NCBI GenBank assembly: GCA_964387845.1
Contig: CAYLXA010000002.1
Location: 211,584 to 275,583, forward strand
DNA: 64,000 nucleotides
Source: an uncultured bacterium
Lineage (GTDB): Bacteria; Omnitrophota; Omnitrophia; Omnitrophales; Abzuiibacteriaceae
Direction: 5' to 3'
Below the pieces are notes generated by a model that was not told the DNA's origin, made no database searches, and saw only the letters and a list, made by a program, of their open reading frames with translations. Shown in pieces: positions 56,294 to 64,000 of the stretch. Each line of letters opens with the position of its first letter. Position 1 is the stretch's first letter. The translations under genes were made by a program, and so were the position numbers.

Positions 56294-56909
56294 TTAATTT
56301 CCTTTGAATCACAGACAATCCATCTTGAGAAAGTTGGTTTGAGCCTACTAACCGCTCACCGTTAATAAAGAAAGTTGGCGTTGAATGCACCTGAAGCCCC
56401 GCCCCCATTTGCTTATCACGCTCAATGGCTGTATTAACCGTAGAATCCGAAAGGCAAGCAGCAAATTGGTCGAGATCCACACCGATCTCTTTGGCAGACT
56501 TAAAGAAAAGCGTTGTGGCGTTTGCATCCTTAGACCATTTTTCTTGATTGTCAAATAACCAATCATGGAATTCCCAAAATTTATTTTGCTTTAGGGCACA
56601 TTCGCTCGCTCTGGCAGCGTCAAAAGCCATGGCGTGCATTTGAAGCGGAAAGTGGTGAAACTGCAGCTGAATCAAACCAGGGAACTGATTAAAAAGCGCT
56701 TTAAGCGGCGATTGACTCTTAGCACATGAAGGGCACTGAAAATCGCTGAACTCGATGATGGTAATAGGCGCATTCTTAGAACCTTTGATTTTACCCGGAA
56801 TATTGGCCTCTGAATCTCTTTTAACATTTCGCGCAATCGTGACACCAATCACGAGGACGCTTAGCAAAATTGCTGATACAACTAGTCTTTTGAGTTTTGT
56901 TTCGCGCAT
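56271..56909 (-). CDS. DsbA-family thiol:disulfide oxidoreductase
   Basis: IIEFSDFQCPSCAKS carries the CxxC motif, and a signal anchor is present. Confidence 0.7.
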   Translation of the reverse strand: MRETKLKRLVVSAILLSVLVIGVTIARNVKRDSEANIPGKIKGSKNAPITIIEFSDFQCPSCAKSQSPLKALFNQFPGLIQLQFHHFPLQMHAMAFDAARASECALKQNKFWEFHDWLFDNQEKWSKDANATTLFFKSAKEIGVDLDQFAACLSDSTVNTAIERDKQMGAGLQVHSTPTFFINGERLVGSNQLSQDGLSVIQRKLNETKRRN

Positions 56910-56917
56910 CGATGAAC

Positions 56918-57139
56918 CTATTCTGAAAATTCTTTCTTGTTTGATCTTAGTTCAACAAACGTTTTTCCATTTTGCTGGCTAATCACCACATGACCTTCCC
57001 GGCAAAACCAGCCGAGAGCCATTAACGTCAATTCTTCGCTATAGGGTGTTTGCTTGACTAATTTTGAGAATTCCAGACACCCTTTTTCATCTAAAAGCTT
57101 CCAAATATCACCTGCCGCAAAACCGATTTCAGTAATCAT
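56918..57139 (-). CDS. small winged-helix-like protein, paralog family B
   Basis: MITEIGFAAGDIWKLLDEKGCLEF...LMALGWFCREGHVV places it in family B. Its start overlaps the stop of the upstream RND gene. Confidence 0.55.
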   Translation of the reverse strand: MITEIGFAAGDIWKLLDEKGCLEFSKLVKQTPYSEELTLMALGWFCREGHVVISQQNGKTFVELRSNKKEFSE

Positions 57140-60100
57140 TTTGTTTTTTCTTTCTCGAATGCAAGATAAAGCACGGGCAAAACAACGAGAGTGAGAAGCG
57201 TTGATGAAATCAGCCCTCCGATAACAACTGTGGCGAGCGGCATTTGGACTTCAGCGCCCGTTCCATGGGCAAAGGCCATCGGAAAGAAGCCAAGACTTGC
57301 CACGAGGGCCGTCATCAAAACCGGCCTAAGGCGAGTATGAGCACCTTTAATGACTGCCTCTTTGAGTCCCATGCCTTCCTTGCGCAATTGATTGATGTAA
57401 GAGACCATGACGACACCGTTCAACATCGCAACACCAAAAAGAGCGATAAAACCAACCCCCGCTGAAATGCTGAAGTGGATCTGACGGATGAAAAGCGCCA
57501 GAACTCCGCCTGTGATTGCCATCGGAATGCCCGTAAAAACGAGTACCGCTTGTTTGACCGAATTAAACGTCGTAAATAGAAGAATGAAGATTAAGAAAAG
57601 ACAAATTGGAATCACAATCATAAGTCTTTCGCGGGCCGCTTCCAGATTTTCAAATTGTCCGCCCCACACAAGTGAATAACCCGGAGGAAGTTTGACTTGT
57701 TTTTCAATCGCTTTCTGAGCTTCTGCCACAAAACTGCCAATGTCTCTTCCTCTCACGTTTGCTTCGATGGCAACTCTCCTTCTTGCGTGCTCATGGCTAA
57801 TTTGAGCAGGTCCTTCTTCGATAGCGATTTTTTTGGCTAGCTGTGCTAAGGGAATTTTTTGTCCAGAAGGGCTTGTGATGAGAATGTTGCCGATGGCTTC
57901 CGGACTGTTTCGGTACTCTTCCGGGTATCGTAAAACAAGATCAAAACGCTTGATTCCCTCAAAAACTTCACCAGCTGATTTGCCGCCTACCGCAACTTCA
58001 ATTACTTCAAGCACGTCCGCAACGTCGATTCCATAACGGGCAATTTTACTGCGATCCACTTCAATTTGAAGCATGGGAAGTCCTGAAATTTGTTCCGCTT
58101 TCGCATCCCTCGCACCGCGTATTTGAGAAATGACCCTTACAATCTCATCTCCTTTTCTTTTAAGTTCGTCGAGGTCATCACCAAAGAGTTTAATCGCAAT
58201 ATCCGAGCGAACACCGGAGATTAATTCATTGACCCTGAGTTCAATGGGCTGTGAAAACCCAAAAACCATACCGGGAATGAGCGAAACCTTTTTTGCCATT
58301 TCTTCAACGAGCTTTTCTTTGTTTTTGACTTTTCCTTTCATCATGATGTAAGTGTCTGTCACGTTAGGGCCCATGGGATCAGTCGCCACTTCGGCAGTTC
58401 CTGTACGGCTGAAACTGGTCAAGACTGCGGGAAACTCAAGTGTGGCTTTTTCTAAAAGGCCTGCCAGTTTGGTTGATTCTGTGAGAGAAATGCCGGTCGG
58501 TTTAATTGATTGAATTGACAGAGATTCTTCATCAAGCCGAGGGATGAATTCGGAACCGAGAAATGGAAAAAGCGAAAAGCTAATCACGACTAAGACAAGA
58601 ACCCGAAATATCACTTTCTTAGGGTGTGCAATTGCCCAATCGAGCGTGGGTTTATAGCGTTCATGGATAAAACGTAAAATCTTATTTTCTTTTTCCTCCA
58701 CGTGCCGGCCAAGAAAAAAAGAACAAAGAACGGGAATGAGTGTTACCGTAAAAATGAGAGAGCCAATCAGCGCCATCACCACCGTTAAAGCCATTGGCTT
58801 AAACATTTTGCCTTCGATGCCTTCCAAGGTCAGAATCGGTAGATAAACGACCGTGATAATAAAAACAGCAAAGAAAACAGGACGCGCGACTTCTTTGGCA
58901 GCTTCATAGATTTCTTCCGGATATTCTTTAGACGTAATGGGGACTTCTTCCGTCTTCTTTCTTTCAGAAAGTCTCCGAATGATATTTTCAACCATCACGA
59001 CAGCGCCATCGACGATCAAACCAAAATCAATGGCGCCAAGACTCATGAGATTCCCGGAAGTCTTGGTTGCCACCATACCGGTCATGGCGAAGAGCATGGA
59101 AAGCGGAATAGCGGAAGCTACAATCAGCCCTGCTCTTAAATTGCCAAGCAAGACGAGCAAAACGACGATAACTAAAATACCTCCTTCAAAGAGGTTTTTC
59201 TGCACGGTATGGATGGTTTTATTGACAAGATCTGTTCGGTTATAAACGGTCTCAATCTTGGCGCCTTCTGGAAGTGATTTCCGGATTTCATCAAGCCTTT
59301 GGTGGACATTTTCTGAAACGACACGGCTATTCTCGCCTTTCAGCATGATGGCAGTTCCCAAAACAACTTCTTTTCCGTCTCGCGTGGCGGATCCTGTTCT
59401 AAGGGCGGGACCTATTTTAACTTCGGCAACGTCCTTCACATAAACAGGAACGTTTTCTTTCTCTCGGATGGAAATATTGCGAATGTCATCCATCGTTTGG
59501 ACGAAACCGACACCTCTCACCAAATATTGTTCCTCTTTGTGCTCAATGTAAGCGCCGCCCGCATTGGCGTTGTTTTGAGCGAGCGTTTCAAACAATTCCC
59601 GAAGACTGATGCCGTAGGATGCCAATTTATTCGGATCGGGAATGACTTGAAATTGTTTTTCAAAACCGCCGATGGAATTGACTTCGGTAACGCCCGGCGT
59701 CGTCCGAAGCTGCGGCTTGATGATCCAATCCTGAATGGTAGCGAGTTCAATCGGGTCATATTTTTCACCTTCAACGGTATAAAGATAAATTTCTCCAAGG
59801 CCAGTTGCGATGGGGCCCATGGTGGGAGTTCCGAGGCCTTCTGGGATTTCCTCCTTAGCGGCTTGCAGCCGTTCCAAAACAAGCTGGCGGGCAAAATAAA
59901 TGTCCACATGATCTTTAAAAACAATCGTCACTTGAGAGAGACCGTATCTTGAAAGAGAGCGAACTTCTTCAACATCTGGAAGCCCGCCCATGGCCGTTTC
60001 AATTGGATAAGTAACAAGTTTTTCAACTTCGACAGGGGCAAGCGCGGGAACCGATGTGTTAATCTGCACTTGTACATTTGTCACGTCAGGCACTGCATCA

Positions 60101-60207
60101 ATGGGAAGTTTTTGGATAGACCAAATTCCAAGGCCCATTAAGATGGAGCTTAAAATGACGATCAAAATCCTTTGTCTGAGTGCAAAATGAATGATTTGCT
60201 CAATCAT
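57136..60207 (-). CDS. heavy-metal efflux RND permease, CzcA/CusA family (second system)
   Basis: The 1023-aa protein has the HME-RND architecture. Confidence 0.9.
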   Translation of the reverse strand: MIEQIIHFALRQRILIVILSSILMGLGIWSIQKLPIDAVPDVTNVQVQINTSVPALAPVEVEKLVTYPIETAMGGLPDVEEVRSLSRYGLSQVTIVFKDHVDIYFARQLVLERLQAAKEEIPEGLGTPTMGPIATGLGEIYLYTVEGEKYDPIELATIQDWIIKPQLRTTPGVTEVNSIGGFEKQFQVIPDPNKLASYGISLRELFETLAQNNANAGGAYIEHKEEQYLVRGVGFVQTMDDIRNISIREKENVPVYVKDVAEVKIGPALRTGSATRDGKEVVLGTAIMLKGENSRVVSENVHQRLDEIRKSLPEGAKIETVYNRTDLVNKTIHTVQKNLFEGGILVIVVLLVLLGNLRAGLIVASAIPLSMLFAMTGMVATKTSGNLMSLGAIDFGLIVDGAVVMVENIIRRLSERKKTEEVPITSKEYPEEIYEAAKEVARPVFFAVFIITVVYLPILTLEGIEGKMFKPMALTVVMALIGSLIFTVTLIPVLCSFFLGRHVEEKENKILRFIHERYKPTLDWAIAHPKKVIFRVLVLVVISFSLFPFLGSEFIPRLDEESLSIQSIKPTGISLTESTKLAGLLEKATLEFPAVLTSFSRTGTAEVATDPMGPNVTDTYIMMKGKVKNKEKLVEEMAKKVSLIPGMVFGFSQPIELRVNELISGVRSDIAIKLFGDDLDELKRKGDEIVRVISQIRGARDAKAEQISGLPMLQIEVDRSKIARYGIDVADVLEVIEVAVGGKSAGEVFEGIKRFDLVLRYPEEYRNSPEAIGNILITSPSGQKIPLAQLAKKIAIEEGPAQISHEHARRRVAIEANVRGRDIGSFVAEAQKAIEKQVKLPPGYSLVWGGQFENLEAARERLMIVIPICLFLIFILLFTTFNSVKQAVLVFTGIPMAITGGVLALFIRQIHFSISAGVGFIALFGVAMLNGVVMVSYINQLRKEGMGLKEAVIKGAHTRLRPVLMTALVASLGFFPMAFAHGTGAEVQMPLATVVIGGLISSTLLTLVVLPVLYLAFEKEKTK

Positions 60208-61142
60208 TAGTGTGCGTGTCCTTCTTCAAGTTCGCCTTTTAAAAGTTCAGCTTTGAGATAGAAGCTGCCGTTTTCCACAACCTGCTCGCCTTCATTAAGT
60301 CCCATAATTATTTGCACTACGTCTTCCGAAGTACGCCCTGTCTTTATTTCTTTCACTATAAATTCTCCCTTTTCATCTGGTTTTGGGACAAAAACGACAT
60401 TCGTTCCTTTTACTTCTTGAACCGCTTCAAGAGGAAGCAGCAAAACATCGTCAGAAATCGGCGCCAATATTTTTCCCGTGACGAACATTCCAAATTTAAG
60501 CAGGTGTTCTTCATTTTTGATATTGACCCGGATTTTAATAGCGCGTGTTTCGGTATCCACAGAAGGAGAGATAAAAACAAGCTCTCCTTCAAATTGTTTG
60601 TCGGGGTAAGCCACGGATTCCACGACGACTTTCTGGCCGAGTTTTAATCCTGCAAGGTCTTTCTCATAGACGTTAAAACTTGCGCGCAAAACATCTGGAT
60701 TTGCAATTGTCATGATGGAAGTGAGGGAATCGACCGAATCGCCGGGCTTGACGTATTGCGCGAGCACAATGCCGTGGCTGGGAGATTCGATTTGGCGGGT
60801 TTCGCCCGTCTTTGTTTGAATGACACAAATGGGCGTTCCTTTCTCAACCACGTCTCCGATGTTACAGAGATGCGACTGGAAAACCCCGTTCTCGGAAGAC
60901 GTCACGTGTGAAACGTTTTCGGTTTCTGCAGCAATTTCACCAACTACTTTGAGCGATGAAAAAAGCGGCTTTTTTTCGACAGTCACAAGCTTGAGATCGA
61001 TCATTTTCTGAGATTCTTCCTTTAGATGAACCGTTCCTTCTTCTTCGTGATGCTCACCTTCTTGTTTATCATGAGATTTCGTGCAGCCACCACATCCAGA
61101 AAGCATTGAAATCATGAAGCACAGTAAAATTAACCTAATCAT
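60207..61142 (-). CDS. RND efflux periplasmic adaptor lipoprotein
   Basis: The lipobox is LSGCGGC. HlyD-like beta-barrel and lipoyl domains follow, over 311 aa. Confidence 0.8.
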   Translation of the reverse strand: MIRLILLCFMISMLSGCGGCTKSHDKQEGEHHEEEGTVHLKEESQKMIDLKLVTVEKKPLFSSLKVVGEIAAETENVSHVTSSENGVFQSHLCNIGDVVEKGTPICVIQTKTGETRQIESPSHGIVLAQYVKPGDSVDSLTSIMTIANPDVLRASFNVYEKDLAGLKLGQKVVVESVAYPDKQFEGELVFISPSVDTETRAIKIRVNIKNEEHLLKFGMFVTGKILAPISDDVLLLPLEAVQEVKGTNVVFVPKPDEKGEFIVKEIKTGRTSEDVVQIIMGLNEGEQVVENGSFYLKAELLKGELEEGHAH

Positions 61143-62416
61143 CGCTTGACCCCTTCCGGAATGGGTGTCGCCTGAATCACACGCTCAAGTTCGGCCACCC
61201 TTTCTTTGTAGTTTCTCAGTGCATTGAAATACGCAAGACGCGTTTCTTTGATCGTTTTGATGTTTTCAAGAAAAGTGAGAAATGGAATTTCACCACCCTC
61301 ATAACGAAGTGTCACTTGACGCAAAAGTTCGTTGGCTTCATCGAGTGCTCTTTTTTGGAGCGCAACTTGTTTATCAGCAAGTTCCGCTTCAAGAAATGCT
61401 TCATACACCTCAAGACCGACTCTGCGCTTTAAAGCTTCCAGAATGATTTGCTGTTTTTCTTTTTCTGCTTTTGCTTCTTTGACTTCTCCCAAATTAAAAC
61501 CCCAAAGAGGGTAAGACGCTTTTAGTAGAATGGCTGTATCGTTTTCATAATCTTCCGTAGTTCGTTCAACGCCGATTCCCATTTTGGGCAAGATGACTTT
61601 TAAAAGAGCTGACCACTGGCTTTTCTTTCGAGATTTTAATCTTGTAGTTTCATTTCGGATATCCGCTCTATTTTCGAGGGCCTGCTCCATGATCTGGGCA
61701 TATTGCAATTGAAGCGTTTCATAGCCAAGGGAATCGCTTAACTCAAGCGGAGAATCGACGGAACGACCTAACGCAAGATTCAGCTCTCCTCTCGATACTT
61801 TTAAATTTTTCTCTGCAACGAGCAAGTCGTTTTCTGAACGCGATACCTCAATTCTTGCCCGAATGACCTCACTTTGAAGAGCGCTTCCTGATTGAAAGCG
61901 TGTTTCTACCCGAGTAAAGAATTGCCGTGTGGCATTTAAGTTTTCTCTCGCGATTTCAAGCGCTTTTTCATCCGTCAGAATACGTGCATAAAAACTAGTG
62001 ACCTCTTGACGAACGCGTGCCCAAACGAGTTCAAGACTGCCTTTTGCAATCTTGACATTGTCCCATCCAATCCGGCCTCTTAAAAATCGTGTGCCCAAAG
62101 GGTCAAGCGGCTGCTCTAATGCCACCGCGTCAATTTTTGGATCTCGGCCTGATTTTTCCTCAGTGGTTTGTCTTTTGTATCCTCCCACATCGATGGAAAA
62201 CTCCGGGTCAGGCAGTGCTTCTGCCTGAATCCACCTACCTGTGGCCGCCGAAATTTCTTTTCGTGCCTCAAGCATTTGAGGATTCTGCTCATAAGCTAGT
62301 TTGAGCGCTTGGCCGAGAGAAATAGCCTGCCCTTGGTTTTCTGCTGCAGAAAGAAAACATGCATTAAAAAGTAGCATAAAATATAAGAATAAAATCAGTT
62401 TTTTCATAGCTTTCAC
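61139..62416 (-). CDS. TolC-family outer-membrane efflux protein
   Basis: It has a signal peptide and two OEP repeats, over 425 aa. Confidence 0.8.
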   Translation of the reverse strand: MKAMKKLILFLYFMLLFNACFLSAAENQGQAISLGQALKLAYEQNPQMLEARKEISAATGRWIQAEALPDPEFSIDVGGYKRQTTEEKSGRDPKIDAVALEQPLDPLGTRFLRGRIGWDNVKIAKGSLELVWARVRQEVTSFYARILTDEKALEIARENLNATRQFFTRVETRFQSGSALQSEVIRARIEVSRSENDLLVAEKNLKVSRGELNLALGRSVDSPLELSDSLGYETLQLQYAQIMEQALENRADIRNETTRLKSRKKSQWSALLKVILPKMGIGVERTTEDYENDTAILLKASYPLWGFNLGEVKEAKAEKEKQQIILEALKRRVGLEVYEAFLEAELADKQVALQKRALDEANELLRQVTLRYEGGEIPFLTFLENIKTIKETRLAYFNALRNYKERVAELERVIQATPIPEGVKR

Positions 62417-62478
62417 ATGTAAAAATATATTGAATTAAATGGACGGCGAAACTACGGGCAGACGAATGGCGTCTGAAA

Positions 62479-62769
62479 TTAGAGGGCTATCGGAGGATGA
62501 AAAATCAATCCTGTGGGAGGATTGAGAACGGTTTCTGCGGTTTCGTGGGAAACAATAGTTGCCGGAAGTAAGCCGGAAAAACTGATTAAATTTTGAGAGC
62601 CGACCCATTGGTGATGGCATGAATGACAAATGAAACAGGGATGATTTTCATCCTGGCAAGATGTCGTTGTACATTCATCTTTGTAGGCAAACGCGGGCTC
62701 AATGATTGTGCAATTAATCATCCCCACCAGCGCGATCACACCAAATGCAAACAATGCAAACTTTTTCAT
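62479..62769 (-). CDS. small secreted Cys/His-rich protein (putative metal-binding)
   Basis: The signal peptide is followed by CTTTSCQDENHPCFICHSCHHQW. The start was set at the internal Met (MKKFALF). Confidence 0.4.
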   Translation of the reverse strand: MKKFALFAFGVIALVGMINCTIIEPAFAYKDECTTTSCQDENHPCFICHSCHHQWVGSQNLISFSGLLPATIVSHETAETVLNPPTGLIFHPPIAL

Positions 62770-63188
62770 ATTTTTCCTTAGCCGAAGTTTAGCACCTGTC
62801 TTTTCTGATTGCAAACACAAATTTACTTTCAATTTACTTTCCTTTCGAGTGCCCTACGAGCACCTTAAATGAAGCCCTGATTTTCCAAAAGGAATCTTTT
62901 GAATAGCTCTGGTTTTCTTAAGTCTTTCGATTTATTGCCTTATTGCCTTATTGCCGATATAAATCGAATCGCGAGATCGCAGGGCGTACGCATCTAAATT
63001 TCTTCGACTCTTTATCTGAAAACGATGCAATGAGGGAAAAAATGATTGCTTTAGGAACCTCATTTTTGAGCCACTGTTTTTGTATGTGTTTGTATTTACA
63101 AGAGTTTAAGATATGTAGGCTCTGGAGATCGACACATCTATTGCTGTATCCCCCCATTCATTGAGGTACAATTTCCACTTCTTGTACT

Positions 63189-63920
63189 TCACTTATTTTT
63201 TTTGAAATTATATTTCAACTTCTGAATCTCAGCTTGATTACGACTTGGTAGCAAGTGGGTGTAAATCTCGGTCGTCCGTATGCTGGCATGTCCCAGAAAT
63301 TCTTGAACTACTTTCAAAGGAACGCCTTGAGCCACAAGCTCTGACGCAAAGGTATGCCGAAGCATATGGAAGGTAATATGATTCAACCCTGCAGATTTCC
63401 GTAACTTACCAAATTCCCTATTGAAATTATTCACAAATGCTTTGCCATTGCTCAAACCGAAAACATATTTGCCTGTACGTTTCAATTTGCCAAGGGTCTC
63501 ACGGCAAATTTTATTCATGGGAATAAATCTGTTTTTTTGACTTTTTGTATGAAACTCCTCTTGATTGACGATATCTATTTGATTTCGGTCAAAATCGATA
63601 TCCTTCCAACGTAAGTGTTGAAGTTCTGCTCGTCTAAGACCTGTTGAAATAGTAATTGCAATGATGGCCTTCCACCGGCTATTCGCCGCTTTCATGAGAG
63701 TTTTTATTTCATCACGCGATAAAGACTGAACTTTTTTTTCTGGTTCATGCAATCTTTTGAGCATATTCTTTCCAGCGGGGTCCTTTAGCGGGTTAGCCGG
63801 CAACTTTCTAAGCTGCACCGCCCTCGTCAACATTGCGCAGAAAATCGTGAGTTCTCGATTTAAACAGCTAGGACTAACCTTTTTAATTCTCATACTTTTA
63901 TAGCTTTCCAACAAGCTCAA
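63189..63920 (-). CDS. tyrosine-type site-specific recombinase/integrase (short N-terminus; TTG start in track)
   Basis: The catalytic region reads HMLRHTFASELVAQGVPLKVVQEFLGHASIRTTEIYTH. It has only about 50 aa before the catalytic domain and an in-frame stop just upstream, so it may be truncated. Confidence 0.75.
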   Translation of the reverse strand: MSLLESYKSMRIKKVSPSCLNRELTIFCAMLTRAVQLRKLPANPLKDPAGKNMLKRLHEPEKKVQSLSRDEIKTLMKAANSRWKAIIAITISTGLRRAELQHLRWKDIDFDRNQIDIVNQEEFHTKSQKNRFIPMNKICRETLGKLKRTGKYVFGLSNGKAFVNNFNREFGKLRKSAGLNHITFHMLRHTFASELVAQGVPLKVVQEFLGHASIRTTEIYTHLLPSRNQAEIQKLKYNFKKNK

Positions 63921-64000
63921 AGATATCTGATTTAATTGATTGATGTTTGACCTTCCCCAATTTAGTGGACAGTTTGTTTAGACAGGGTCGCCTGCCTTTC

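Larger units (their letters stand above)
28520..64000. mobile_element. putative integrative heavy-metal (Cu/Ag) resistance island, possibly continuing beyond the window
   Basis: A tRNA-Val gene with a duplicated 3' end lies at the left, followed by an excisionase-like HTH gene. A tyrosine recombinase lies at the right. Pseudogenes are present at the left end. The cargo is all metal efflux and redox genes with many paralog families. Confidence 0.45.

Noticed and set aside
62932-62955. Tandem ttattgcc x3 and nearby aatttactttc x2 repeats
   Set aside because: These are short microsatellite-like repeats in an intergenic region. They are far too short and too few for a CRISPR array.
63921-64000. 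Search for a right-hand att copy of the tRNA-Val 3' end beyond the integrase
   Set aside because: There is no match to tgcgcgctagaggactcg or its complement within the remaining 80 nt. The island boundary on this side cannot be set from this window.

Overview
This is a bacterial window, and all but one of the supported genes lie on the minus strand. Coordinates 1-28.2 kb are conserved core genome. They hold pgpA-pgsA-rimO, tRNA-Gly(CCC), a PfkB kinase, thiE, heptose biosynthesis (rfaE domain II, gmhA), pfkA and accB-accC. They also hold a Trm112-like ORF missing from the ORF track, an LPG-synthase-like flippase, a receiver-less sigma-54 activator followed by two tandem STAS-PilZ paralogs, and rarA. 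The core block ends with a LytS/LytTR two-component pair, then pheT-pheS-rplT-rpmI-infC-thrS with a probable non-AUG start on infC, and a 1582-aa membrane protein of unknown function. A tRNA-Val(GAC) gene follows at 28.45 kb with a perfect 39-bp duplicate of its 3' end 183 bp away. From there an accessory region of about 35 kb runs to a tyrosine recombinase at 63.2-63.9 kb. Just inside its left boundary are an excisionase-like HTH gene, a response-regulator pseudogene with two frameshifts and a fragment of a membrane-fusion protein. This region is a dense heavy-metal homeostasis island, most likely for Cu/Ag. It carries two CusA/CzcA-type RND pumps with adaptors and three TolC/NodT outer-membrane factors. 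It also carries a multicopper oxidase with a C-terminal CPMHP-type metal-binding module, a P1B-4-like P-type ATPase, and an ECF sigma / zinc-finger anti-sigma / LTXXQ periplasmic sensor triad. Further cargo includes DsbA-like oxidoreductases, DUF302, three YHS-like proteins (one fused to a LOG-family domain), and many small Cys/His/Met-rich secreted proteins. The most novel-looking items are several recurrent paralogous small-protein families inside the island, the STAS-PilZ pair downstream of the sigma-54 activator, and the giant protein. The giant protein combines an extracytoplasmic TraB/GumN/Tiki-like motif pair with a cytoplasmic kinase-like segment. All assignments rest on reading the translated ORFs and sequence motifs by eye, with no database search.
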